A stretch of 36,596 nucleotides of DNA from a virus (taxonomy: Duplodnaviria > Heunggongvirae > Uroviricota > Caudoviricetes): positions 287,270 through 323,865 of the IMG/VR virus record IMGVR_UViG_3300033074_000580; one strand, 5' to 3'. Of the stretch, positions 18,244-27,324 are shown in pieces. The position numbers were made by a program, and so were the translations under genes. A model generated the notes under the pieces. That model was not told where the DNA came from, did not search any database, and saw only the letters and a list, made by a program, of their open reading frames with translations. Position 1 is the first letter of the stretch. Every line of letters begins with the position of its first letter.

Positions 18244-18699
18244 CTACTTTTTCAAGTTTTGGTCAAATAATTTATAAATTTCTGTTAACATATCTAATTC
18301 TGACCTTGTTTTACGATATTTGAAATTGAATAACTTTGTGAAATATTCATTGATTCTCACGGTCTTATCTTCTAATTTTTGAAAATAATAAGCTTCTAAA
18401 AAGAAATTCCAAAAATACTCATAATATGACCCTCTATCTTTAAAATAGATTTTTTCTTTTGAGAAATTGTCAATAGTCTTATCCCAACACCAAGTAAAGT
18501 GATTCTTTTGGTCCTCTTCTAACTCAACAACATCGGAACCCAAATATGTTTCGTCAACTAAGTTATATAGGGAAATAAGAAAGTCGTGAAAAAGTTCAAT
18601 TTTCTCACGACTTATATTGTAAGCTTTGTACCAAATATCAATTTGGTGTTTATAATTTTCAGATGAAATAAACTCTAAATAACTTTCTCTATTTTCCAT
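18244..18699 (-). CDS. Hypothetical protein
   Basis: 151-aa aromatic-rich helical ORF. Confidence 0.7.
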   Translation of the reverse strand: MENRESYLEFISSENYKHQIDIWYKAYNISREKIELFHDFLISLYNLVDETYLGSDVVELEEDQKNHFTWCWDKTIDNFSKEKIYFKDRGSYYEYFWNFFLEAYYFQKLEDKTVRINEYFTKLFNFKYRKTRSELDMLTEIYKLFDQNLKK

Positions 18700-18749
18700 A
18701 ACCCTTTCTATCCAATAATATAAGGATAAAAGAAAATAAAAAGAAGAAA

Positions 18750-19988
18750 TTACTGAGTTTTTTCGTTATAACTTGTAAGTTTTTTCATTTTCTTAATTTC
18801 TTCTTCAAGAATTGATGATTTACTTACTTCAGACTCATTCATTGCTTTTGTTGGTTGAGCCTCTTTGTTATATCTTGGTTCCTCTTTTTTATCTTCAGAT
18901 TTTCTTTCGATTTCCTTTTCTAATTTTTTAGGTAAGTCAGTCTTTACTACATTAGCATAATCTTGACTATTACCCATTGAAGCGTGTCCTTCGATTGCTT
19001 TCTTTAATCTTTCTTTAAATTGCTTTGATGGTTCGTGGTCATATTCTAAATTTTCTAAACCTCTTCCTCTTTCATCTGCAATTGTTTCGTCTTCCTCATT
19101 TGTTGGGTTAACTTTAACACTATCTCCCTTTTTATTTTGTTCAGGGAATTCATTGTTATTGTTACCAGGTATTGATAAGTAATCTTTCATTTTCTTATCA
19201 ACATCACTTAAATGTTGGTTGTTTTCTTTACCACTATCTGTGTGTGATTTTTTAGTAACTGTTAAACCTGGTACTGATTCATTAACCATTTTACCAATTA
19301 AAGCAACTAATTCAGATTCAGTTAAACGTAATGTTTTCTTTTTCTTAGATTCATTCATCATAGAACCACACTCACAGATTTCTTTACCACATTTTTCACA
19401 TGTACCTTCTTTTACTTCTTTTTTGTTTTTCAAAATTTTAAAGTCTTCGGCGTCTATTTTACCATTGTGGTTTGCGTCAATTTTATCTTGATTACCATGT
19501 AATTCTTCTTCCATGTAACCTCCACCACATTCATTACATTCTTCTTCCTCTTCACTCATTTCTTCCTCCTCCATTTGACTCCAACATTCTTCAACATTAT
19601 GTGTTTTACCGTCAAATTCGAAAGTATCTTTACCTTCTTCTTTAGCTTTTAATACGGCTGCCGTGAAGGCATTACCTTCTGTAGTTTCTTGATTTTGCAT
19701 ATTGTTATCTTCTTCTTCTAATTGGTCATTCATTTCGTCAAGTTTGTCTAACATATCATCTTGTGATTCGTAAACACCCTTTTCAATAATAAGTTCACCT
19801 TTATGTTTTGATTTATATTTTGGTAACGCCTCTTTGGCATCATCTTCTGATTCAAATGTTGCCAAAGGAATTCCCTCACATTTAATGTGATAAACCTCTT
19901 TTTTACTTGTTGATTGTTCTATTATCGTTTTTCTAACCTCATCGGCTACGATATTTTCAATAATTTGATTCAATTCTGATACTTTCAT
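18750..19988 (-). CDS. Putative prohead core / head-internal protein
   Basis: Highly charged. Contains an EF-hand-like DANHNGKIDAED, CxxC segments, KTLRLTESELVALIGKMVNE and repeated xNE motifs. TATTTAT lies 5 nt upstream. Confidence 0.55.
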   Translation of the reverse strand: MKVSELNQIIENIVADEVRKTIIEQSTSKKEVYHIKCEGIPLATFESEDDAKEALPKYKSKHKGELIIEKGVYESQDDMLDKLDEMNDQLEEEDNNMQNQETTEGNAFTAAVLKAKEEGKDTFEFDGKTHNVEECWSQMEEEEMSEEEEECNECGGGYMEEELHGNQDKIDANHNGKIDAEDFKILKNKKEVKEGTCEKCGKEICECGSMMNESKKKKTLRLTESELVALIGKMVNESVPGLTVTKKSHTDSGKENNQHLSDVDKKMKDYLSIPGNNNNEFPEQNKKGDSVKVNPTNEEDETIADERGRGLENLEYDHEPSKQFKERLKKAIEGHASMGNSQDYANVVKTDLPKKLEKEIERKSEDKKEEPRYNKEAQPTKAMNESEVSKSSILEEEIKKMKKLTSYNEKTQ

Positions 19989-19989
19989 A

Positions 19990-21444
19990 CTAAATAAATA
20001 TCTTACTTATCTCATTTAATACAATTTTTTCCAGTTCTTCATATGGAATACCGTATTTTTTTGAGGTTTCGGTTATTGCTGTTTTAATTTCTTCGTCTTC
20101 TTTAACTAATTCTATTGCACCTGTATTCCCCTGATTACAATATGGGAACTTTTTACATTTTTCTTTTACTTTAACAAACACACTATCAGGACCTCCCCAT
20201 TTTGGAAATTTCTTGTCTTTAACCGCTCTACCCTTATAAATGGTGTCAGGACCTCCGATACTCAAAGGATTTTTACGACCCTTTGTTCCTCCAAATAATG
20301 GAACATCGTATTGACCAGATGAACTTGCATCTGTAATTTCGTCAATTTCTTGTTCTTCATTTAATTTAGAATTATGTATTTTACGTATTTCTCTTTTAAT
20401 CATAGGTCCAAACGCATTTCCTTCATATGAACCTGAAGATGATGCCATTGTTTGTTCTTTAGTTTCAATTTCATCGACACATCCACACATATTTAAAAAT
20501 TCATCATAGTCAAATTTAATGTTTTCTTCTTTGAATTTTTTAATCATGTCTTTCGCCACGGACTTTCTATTGTCAATATTTTTAATTTTTTTAACAATAT
20601 CCACAATTCCGTAAACCATTTCTTGTTGATTATTCGTTAGATTTTTATCTATTTTTTTATTACCCTTTACCTCTTTTTCGTCAATTTCCATTTTTTTCAA
20701 TTTACTATAATAACTTGGGTCTTCCCATAAATGGTCTAAAGCAATTTCCATAGCAACACTTTCATCTTTTGTGTGTTCCATTTCAATTCCAACACCCATG
20801 TCTAATTCTTTTTTAAGGGATTTCACCATATCAAGTATATGATAATAACCTTTAGCATCATGTTTTTTTGCAAGTTTCACTAAGGTCATATTATCAGCAT
20901 TTCCACCCGCCAAAGATTCATCCTCGTTAACTTTCTTTTTTCCTTGACAATGAGCTCTTTGACTAAAACCTTTAGGATTGTTACAATCTATTGAATTTTT
21001 ATATTTTTGTGACCACTTTTCGTTTAACTCTTTATCAACATTGATATTTGCAATGAAGACTTTGGGATTTACTCCCATAGCGGCAGCAGTACATAATCTT
21101 GTGTTTCCTGCAACTAAAATATATCTATCACCGATTTTAACAATAAGTGGTCTACTATAATCACCATCCCTAATTGATTTCTTTAGTTTTATCGGATTTG
21201 TTTTTTTATAGGTTTTGGCAATACCCATAACTGTGTCCCAATCACCTTTCTCTACTTCGTTTGATTCGGTATTTTCTAAATTCACCCAAATATCGTCTGT
21301 TAACGTCTCTTCTTTTGAATTGTTAAATGCATTGACTATTTCATCCACCGAAACATCGATATCCTCATCACGTTTTAAATCTTGTGACAATCTTTGAAAT
21401 TCATCCATTTCACCTTCGATATTTGGTTTAACGATTTTTTCCAT
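19990..21444 (-). CDS. Multi-module protein: ParB/Srx-like N-domain + DUF5661-like domain + Cys-containing modules
   Basis: RPLIVK...ILVAGNTRL is ParB-like. GVGIEMEHT...EIALDHLWEDPSYYSKL is DUF5661-like. Additional modules KWSQKYKNSIDCNNPKGFSQRAHC and KCKKFPYCNQG. Confidence 0.65.
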   Translation of the reverse strand: MEKIVKPNIEGEMDEFQRLSQDLKRDEDIDVSVDEIVNAFNNSKEETLTDDIWVNLENTESNEVEKGDWDTVMGIAKTYKKTNPIKLKKSIRDGDYSRPLIVKIGDRYILVAGNTRLCTAAAMGVNPKVFIANINVDKELNEKWSQKYKNSIDCNNPKGFSQRAHCQGKKKVNEDESLAGGNADNMTLVKLAKKHDAKGYYHILDMVKSLKKELDMGVGIEMEHTKDESVAMEIALDHLWEDPSYYSKLKKMEIDEKEVKGNKKIDKNLTNNQQEMVYGIVDIVKKIKNIDNRKSVAKDMIKKFKEENIKFDYDEFLNMCGCVDEIETKEQTMASSSGSYEGNAFGPMIKREIRKIHNSKLNEEQEIDEITDASSSGQYDVPLFGGTKGRKNPLSIGGPDTIYKGRAVKDKKFPKWGGPDSVFVKVKEKCKKFPYCNQGNTGAIELVKEDEEIKTAITETSKKYGIPYEELEKIVLNEISKIFI

Positions 21445-21683
21445 TACTTAACGTTCTTTAAAGAGGATTCCCAAAATGACTTTCTTTGCCATAAGGTTTT
21501 AAATAATTCAACAACCACCTTGGTAGATAGGTCAACTATTTTATCATCAATTTTCTTAGTTCCTAATTCATCTTGTATAGTTTTTACCACAATACGATGA
21601 GCCTGTGTAGAATCCATGAAATCTCTGATTTCCTTTCTTATAATTTTCTCAATCTCTCTCTTATCTTGATTATCGAGTGCCAT
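21444..21683 (-). CDS. Hypothetical protein
   Basis: 79 aa, stop/start-coupled to both neighbours. Confidence 0.7.
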   Translation of the reverse strand: MALDNQDKREIEKIIRKEIRDFMDSTQAHRIVVKTIQDELGTKKIDDKIVDLSTKVVVELFKTLWQRKSFWESSLKNVK

Positions 21684-22195
21684 TATATGTTATTATCTCT
21701 TTGTGTTATCATTGGTTCTAATGATGTTTTAAATGTTTCACCAAATTTTACCAATTTATCTAATATTATTATTGTTTCAGATTCAACCTTTAACATATCT
21801 GCGTTTATATAAACACCAGATTCTTCACCCGCAATAAGAACAAAACTAACGTCATCATCAGTTAATGTTCCGTCCAATCTTATTTGATTTTGATTTATGG
21901 TCATACCTGGGTCAAATTCAACAATTTGTGAAACTTCTTGTCTAAAACTATCAATAAGATTAGAAATTGAGTTTTGTTGTTCCTCAGATAATTTCATATC
22001 TGCCTCATCAGATGATAATAATTTAACATCAACATCGTTGATTACTGTGATATCATCTTTTACTTCTTGAGTTGTTTCAGGATTTACCGGTTCAACTTGT
22101 TCACTTAATGTTTTAATGGATGTTCTTGATTCATTTAAACTTCTAAGTTTGTTTAACATCCCCTTAGTGAAGTCATATTGATTTTTCATTTTCAT
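21683..22195 (-). CDS. Hypothetical acidic protein, possibly virion-associated
   Basis: The start is more likely one of the ATGs at 22189-22201 than the track's 22219. N-terminal KGMLNKLRSLNE, with TATTTAT at 22245-22251. Confidence 0.65.
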   Translation of the reverse strand: MKMKNQYDFTKGMLNKLRSLNESRTSIKTLSEQVEPVNPETTQEVKDDITVINDVDVKLLSSDEADMKLSEEQQNSISNLIDSFRQEVSQIVEFDPGMTINQNQIRLDGTLTDDDVSFVLIAGEESGVYINADMLKVESETIIILDKLVKFGETFKTSLEPMITQRDNNI

Positions 22196-22802
22196 TTGCA
22201 TTGTTAAAAAATACCCCAAAATTAAAAGAAGGGTTTATATCTGTATAAATACTTGAAAAGTTCGATTTACATACAATCCCCCTGAAATTTGATACATTTT
22301 CTAGGTATCCTTGGGATGGTACGATTTGTTTTAAAATCCCATGTTCGTCACATAGTTTGGAACATAGTTCTGACAATGATTTTAATTGGTCCTCGTTGTA
22401 TTTGTCCCAAAAGTAATAGTTTCTCCAATTACGAATATGAGGTTCCGACCTATATGGGTCTCCAACCCAATTATTAAGGACACCAGTGATGGTATTTTTA
22501 TTTAACCAACCCAAGTTCTCAATCGCAATTTTAATCATCTTATTGTCAACTTTTGGGTCGTCAAACGTTTTAGATGACCTTTCTACATCCATAACTTGGT
22601 AAACCATACCCAATTTAGATACAACAAAATGTGGAATATCTTCATACTTCCCGTTTTTACGATATTTTATTTTATTTACAAAATCGTCGATTCTTCTTTG
22701 GGTGTCGTATAAAAATATTTGGGTTTTTTTATATTTCTTCTTACCTACATTTAATTTACCAACGTCAATGGTCTCTACATTATGAATTGTTAACATTGTC
22801 AT
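22173..22802 (-). CDS. N-acetylmuramoyl-L-alanine amidase (Amidase_2)-like protein, apparently degenerate
   Basis: PHFVVSKLGMVYQ, IAIENLG, YNEDQLKSLSELCSKLC and TDINP match the amidase fold, but the expected Zn-binding His positions read YD and CK. Confidence 0.65.
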   Translation of the reverse strand: MTMLTIHNVETIDVGKLNVGKKKYKKTQIFLYDTQRRIDDFVNKIKYRKNGKYEDIPHFVVSKLGMVYQVMDVERSSKTFDDPKVDNKMIKIAIENLGWLNKNTITGVLNNWVGDPYRSEPHIRNWRNYYFWDKYNEDQLKSLSELCSKLCDEHGILKQIVPSQGYLENVSNFRGIVCKSNFSSIYTDINPSFNFGVFFNNANENEKSI

Positions 22803-23073
22803 TTTTTATTGTTGGTGTTACCATAATCTCATCTTCTGAGTTAGGTATTATTATTTTATCATTTTCCAAATCATAAATTACTTGATTTGGGTTTATGTCA
22901 TCCTTTTCCCAATATAACTCTTCTGTTGGTTGAGGTGGGGTGGGGTTAATTATTCTTTTTGGTCCGTATTTGTAAAATAAAGGAATATGTGTTCCAACAT
23001 TAGAAAATGTCGGATTACTTAAATCTTGAATACTTGTAGTTTGGTTCTGGGGACTTTTTGTATTTTCCTCTAG
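22780..23073 (-). other. 97-codon start-less open frame reachable by -1 frameshift from the upstream gene
   Basis: LEENTKSPQNQTTS...EELYWEKDDINPNQVIYDLENDKIIIPNSEDEIMVTPTIKNDNVNNS* begins immediately after the A10 run. Confidence 0.7.
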
Positions 23074-24644
23074 TTTTTTTTTTCGTCTTCAGAAGACGTC
23101 TCACTATCAATTTCATCATTTACCTCATTTAATGTGTCGTTCAATATTTGAACATCAACATCAAGTTCTTCGGGTAATTGAACATACGGTTCTGTAGATT
23201 CATTCATCTCAGGGATTGGTAATGAATTATCTATTTCATATTTCTCCACTTCTTCAGGTGTTGCAAACGGTTCTATCGGTTGTTCAGCCCAAAATTGTGC
23301 TTCCAATTCTGGTGTCCATTCATTTCCCGTTGGGACGTATTCATTACCCTCATTTTCCCAATATTGATTTTCCAATTCTTCGTCCCAATCTTCATGTAAA
23401 TTATGTTCAGCAATTGCCTCATCAATTACATTATCTTGGAAAATAATTTCCTCGTTTGGGATTATATTGGAAAAATTTTCATTCTCTTCCTCTTCTGTTG
23501 GTTCTATAGTGGAAGATTCTTCATCTTCAACCATGTTAAATTTTCTTTCCCATTCATCCATAAACATTTCTCTAACCTCTTCGTCAGATAATGCAGGTAC
23601 TACCTCTTCCTTAATCATTGGGTTGTCAAATGGTTCGTCATATAAACCTAACTCTTGGTCATTTTTCATCATTTCAGAAAGTATTTCTTCCGTTCTATTT
23701 TTTTCCTCGTCGTTTTTAAATCCTTTGATTGGTATATGTTTTTCTCTTACCTCATCACTATATCTTTTTGCTGCTTCCTTTAATTTTTCATTAGGAAATG
23801 GTGGATTTAATAAAACCTCCTCCAATTTTTTTATATCGTTTTCACTTAATTTTAATTTTGCAGATTCTTCCACCACATCTTTTACATCCACTTCTTCTTC
23901 ATCACCCTTTTTTGTTAACATAATTAACTGATTAAATGCAATGACCAACGCAATCGCCAATGGGTCAAACACAATAACGATTAAAATGATAAAAAACTTA
24001 ACTACCGAATTTAATTCAACACCAAAAGCTTCTGCAACAAATCTAAATCCTCCAACTTCTTTTTCTAAATCTAAGTTGGATGTTTTTATTTTGTTAATTT
24101 CTTCATTTTCTTTTGCATTCTCTTCTTGGAGTTTAGATATCTTATCATTTAGTTTAGCAATTTGTTTATCTCTATTATCAATAGAACGTAATAAACGTGA
24201 ATTTACTTTACCGTTATCTAATATCTTACCTTGATTATTGTTTGACTCGGTTATTTGTGTTGATAATTGTGAAATTTGGGAATTGTTTTGTTCAATTTTT
24301 GCAGTATGTATTGATATTTCTCTATCAACTTGTTGTAATTTAAGATTTTGTTGTTGGAACGCGTTTGACAAATATCCGAAGATACCTGCAGATGTGATTA
24401 ACATTAAAATTGTAACCGCAAATGATAAATACCATTTGTTAAATCCTTTAATTTCATCCCATCTTTGTTTTAAATAAGTTGCAGTAACAAGTTTAGCAAA
24501 TTCCAAAGAACCCGCCATTACCATAACCGCAACCGCAGCTCCACTAAACAAAACCCCCAATCCTGTTACAGAAAAATAAGCAGCACTACCGGCAATTAGT
24601 ATTGCCGATAATGCCACCAAATATTTTAACCAATTGTTATTCAT
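23070..24644 (-). CDS. Multi-pass membrane protein with coiled coil and acidic tail
   Basis: Three N-terminal TM helices (AAYFSVTGL, LEFAKLV, TSAGIFGYLS), a coiled coil, a further TM (IVIVFDPLAIAL) and a Glu-rich C-terminus ending EDEKKN*. Confidence 0.85.
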   Translation of the reverse strand: MNNNWLKYLVALSAILIAGSAAYFSVTGLGVLFSGAAVAVMVMAGSLEFAKLVTATYLKQRWDEIKGFNKWYLSFAVTILMLITSAGIFGYLSNAFQQQNLKLQQVDREISIHTAKIEQNNSQISQLSTQITESNNNQGKILDNGKVNSRLLRSIDNRDKQIAKLNDKISKLQEENAKENEEINKIKTSNLDLEKEVGGFRFVAEAFGVELNSVVKFFIILIVIVFDPLAIALVIAFNQLIMLTKKGDEEEVDVKDVVEESAKLKLSENDIKKLEEVLLNPPFPNEKLKEAAKRYSDEVREKHIPIKGFKNDEEKNRTEEILSEMMKNDQELGLYDEPFDNPMIKEEVVPALSDEEVREMFMDEWERKFNMVEDEESSTIEPTEEEENENFSNIIPNEEIIFQDNVIDEAIAEHNLHEDWDEELENQYWENEGNEYVPTGNEWTPELEAQFWAEQPIEPFATPEEVEKYEIDNSLPIPEMNESTEPYVQLPEELDVDVQILNDTLNEVNDEIDSETSSEDEKKN

Positions 24645-24650
24645 TCGATA

Positions 24651-25463
24651 CTATAAATAGTTTAGGAGACCGAAACTCTCGTTTCTTAGTTTCTTTATTG
24701 CCTTGTCTCGTAATTGTCTAATACGTTCTTTTGTACATCCAAATTCTTCACCCAAGTCCTCTAAATTAGATTCAACACCCGTTAAACCGTAATATCTTTC
24801 AATGATTGTTTTTTCTCTATCATCTAAAACATTTAACATCAACGCAACCTTTTTCTTAATTTCTTCGGGTGTGTTTAATGAATCTTCAGGGTTAGGTGAA
24901 TCTCTATTTGGTATCACATCAATCAATTGGTCACCATCTTCGTTAATTTGTCTATAAAGACCAACACAATATGGTAAAGTTGAACCAATTGGTTCCTCTC
25001 CGTTTTCAATAAAGAATTTATCTTCGGAACTAACACTTTCTTCTTTCTTTAATTTCTGTGCCTCTTGAATTAAATTAGAAGGAATTCTAATTGTTCTAGC
25101 GTTTTCATTTAAAGATGCGATAATTGATTGTTTTACCCACCACACCGCGTATGAAATAAATCGTAGACCGCTTGACGGGTCAAATCTTTCCGCCGCCTTA
25201 ATCAAACCAATGTTACCTTCTGAAATTAAATCCATTAAATCCATTCCTTGATTTTGGTACATTTTTGCCGCGGAAATTACGAAACGTAAATTACCTACAA
25301 CTAACTCATCTAATAATTTAGACCTCTCTTCTTTTGTGATGTCTTTCTTTTGTAATGAGTTGAAAATTTCATCTTGTCTTTCGTGTGTGATTACCGGAAT
25401 CTTACGAATATCTTTTACATAGATTTGGATTTCATCCGGATTTAAGATAATAGATTTTTTCAT
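24651..25463 (-). CDS. rpoD: RNA polymerase sigma70 factor, RpoD/SigA-like (Bacteroidota type, no region 1.1)
   Basis: Region 2 NLRFVISAAKMYQNQG..DLISEGNIGLIKAAERFD...FISYAVWW, and region 4 LEDLGEEFGCTKERIRQL. Confidence 0.92.
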   Translation of the reverse strand: MKKSIILNPDEIQIYVKDIRKIPVITHERQDEIFNSLQKKDITKEERSKLLDELVVGNLRFVISAAKMYQNQGMDLMDLISEGNIGLIKAAERFDPSSGLRFISYAVWWVKQSIIASLNENARTIRIPSNLIQEAQKLKKEESVSSEDKFFIENGEEPIGSTLPYCVGLYRQINEDGDQLIDVIPNRDSPNPEDSLNTPEEIKKKVALMLNVLDDREKTIIERYYGLTGVESNLEDLGEEFGCTKERIRQLRDKAIKKLRNESFGLLNYL

Positions 25464-25519
25464 GTGTAATGAAGTTTAGGGTGAATAATGTTGGTGAGTA
25501 TAAAAATAGAGAAAATTAT

Positions 25520-25984
25520 TTAATTCTCAAAATTATCTAAGAAATTTTTTTCCTCGGGTGTTAGACTATCGATTCCCATTTTATCGATTTTATCTAAAAG
25601 TTCATCCAAATCCATGGACGAATCGTTTTTTTGACTTTTGTCATATTCAATACGTATTATTACATCCTCTTCAGATTGAGGTTTGAATATGAAATCTTTT
25701 ACTTGTTGTGGTAGGTGTGCTGTCACTAAACTATCCCTATCAAATATAAAATAAAATTTAATATGTTCGTTAGTTAATACTGAGAACATTTCATTAGATA
25801 TAGTTTTATAGTCACTATCTGAATCAAATATAACAATAATGTTTTGTGAATTCTCAATGACATATCTGACTTTCTTTATTACCGATACATCACTTAGTAT
25901 TTCGGTACAAAAAAATTCAATGTCATCGTGGTCCTCAAACATTCCAAAAATAAATAATATGAAAGTTTTCGAGTTATCGTCCAT
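25520..25984 (-). CDS. Hypothetical protein with C-terminal DUF6576-like motif
   Basis: LDELLDKIDKMGIDSLTPEEKNFLD. Confidence 0.65.
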   Translation of the reverse strand: MDDNSKTFILFIFGMFEDHDDIEFFCTEILSDVSVIKKVRYVIENSQNIIVIFDSDSDYKTISNEMFSVLTNEHIKFYFIFDRDSLVTAHLPQQVKDFIFKPQSEEDVIIRIEYDKSQKNDSSMDLDELLDKIDKMGIDSLTPEEKNFLDNFEN

Positions 25985-25995
25985 ACTTTTTCTAT

Positions 25996-26640
25996 TTATC
26001 TAAATTTTTTAATTGGCCAGTAAACACCGCCACCTATATATGGGTCTAAACGACCAGTTAGACCATCTGGATTTGTTTTGTTAGAAACACCAACACCCAA
26101 TTTATATAGTTTGTCAGATTTATCTTTTAATAAAACACTTACACCGAGTAATTGCATAACGTCGGGTTGGTTAAATTTGGCATCAACTCCTAAAAATAAT
26201 TGACTTACTTTTGGTTCCTTGGTATAGATTGTGTCTTTAACAATCATCTTTTTAATATCGCTAACAAATTTACGGTTTACCACCATATTTTTAGATATTG
26301 TATCCGTAATGGTAACCGTTCCTTGATTATTTGGTAACATTAGTACGTCTTTATGTGGAACTCTTGCAAAATATACTTTCATAATTTCCATAGTATCCAC
26401 TGGTTGAATAACGGGTACCTCGACTCTTTTTTCAACTTCCACAGGAACTTCAACCTCCACTTCAACTTCAACTAACGAATCCACGGGAATCGTGTCGTGA
26501 ACCGCATATGGTATTGAATCAATTTGTGGTACCAATTTAACTCTATTCGGTATTATTCCCTTAGGATTAACAATTACGAATATAGTTGTTATTGTTAAGA
26601 ATGCAATAATAAAACCTTTAATATCAAAAAATTTTTTCAT
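25996..26640 (-). CDS. Membrane-anchored envelope protein with beta-rich C-terminus
   Basis: N-terminal TM, VEVEVPV linker, and amphipathic beta strands ending YIGGGVYWPIKKFR. Confidence 0.7.
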   Translation of the reverse strand: MKKFFDIKGFIIAFLTITTIFVIVNPKGIIPNRVKLVPQIDSIPYAVHDTIPVDSLVEVEVEVEVPVEVEKRVEVPVIQPVDTMEIMKVYFARVPHKDVLMLPNNQGTVTITDTISKNMVVNRKFVSDIKKMIVKDTIYTKEPKVSQLFLGVDAKFNQPDVMQLLGVSVLLKDKSDKLYKLGVGVSNKTNPDGLTGRLDPYIGGGVYWPIKKFR

Positions 26641-27062
26641 TATTTAACAATGTATAATGTGGTAGTTATTACAGCAACCGCAATACCAACAAACGAACTT
26701 GCCTTATAGAATTTAGTTTTCATTTGTTGAACTTTAAGTTCCTTTTGTAAATCTTTAGTCATATTATCATAAAGACTTATTTGTTGGTCTTTCTTTTCTA
26801 TAATAGTATTCAAATTACCAATCTTTTGTTCCTTTAGTGAGTCCTTTTGTATATATAGACCTATTTGACCTTTCTGTAAATCAATAACTTTATTTGCCTC
26901 AGATAACTCAGCCTTTGCTCCATCTCCTTGTAATAAATCCTTAATGACTAACTTTGCTGTCGGTACTTTTAAGGGTACTATCGAGTCCGTTTTCGTAACG
27001 GTCTGAGAAAAACTTGATAAGGTCGTGAATAGTATAATCGTTAACAGCGCTAACTTTTTCAT
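26640..27062 (-). CDS. Signal-peptide + coiled-coil + C-terminal TM protein (spanin-like)
   Basis: Signal peptide MKKLALLTIILFTTLSSFS-Q and C-terminal FVGIAVAVITTTLYIVK. Confidence 0.7.
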   Translation of the reverse strand: MKKLALLTIILFTTLSSFSQTVTKTDSIVPLKVPTAKLVIKDLLQGDGAKAELSEANKVIDLQKGQIGLYIQKDSLKEQKIGNLNTIIEKKDQQISLYDNMTKDLQKELKVQQMKTKFYKASSFVGIAVAVITTTLYIVK

Positions 27063-27324
27063 GTGTTTGATTTTTAATAATTGTTATATTTTTATTTACA
27101 TTTACAATGTCTCCTTCTACTTTGTTAATTTCATTATCAACATTTGCAATGTGATTATCAATTTGTTTATTAACATTTTCTACCGAATCGATTTCATTTT
27201 GTAGAGAATCAATCTTTTGGTAATATCCAGCAACATCTGTTTTAATTGAATTGGCTTCAAATAATGCGTATAATGCAATTGCACCAATAATTAACACCAG
27301 AATTAAAGTCTTATTTATCTTCAT
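26941..27324 (-). CDS. N-terminal TM + coiled-coil protein (i-spanin-like)
   Basis: TLILVLIIGAIALYALF followed by a heptad coiled coil. Overlaps the next gene by 122 bp, with TATTTAT at 27339-27345. Confidence 0.7.
   Translation of the reverse strand: MKINKTLILVLIIGAIALYALFEANSIKTDVAGYYQKIDSLQNEIDSVENVNKQIDNHIANVDNEINKVEGDIVNVNKNITIIKNQTHEKVSAVNDYTIHDLIKFFSDRYENGLDSTLKSTDSKVSH

Noticed and set aside
23020-23072. TAG read-through or alternative genetic code (stop reassignment as in some large phages)
   Set aside because: Read-through hits TAA after 16 codons. Other genes end normally at TAG or TGA, and coding density is high under the standard code.
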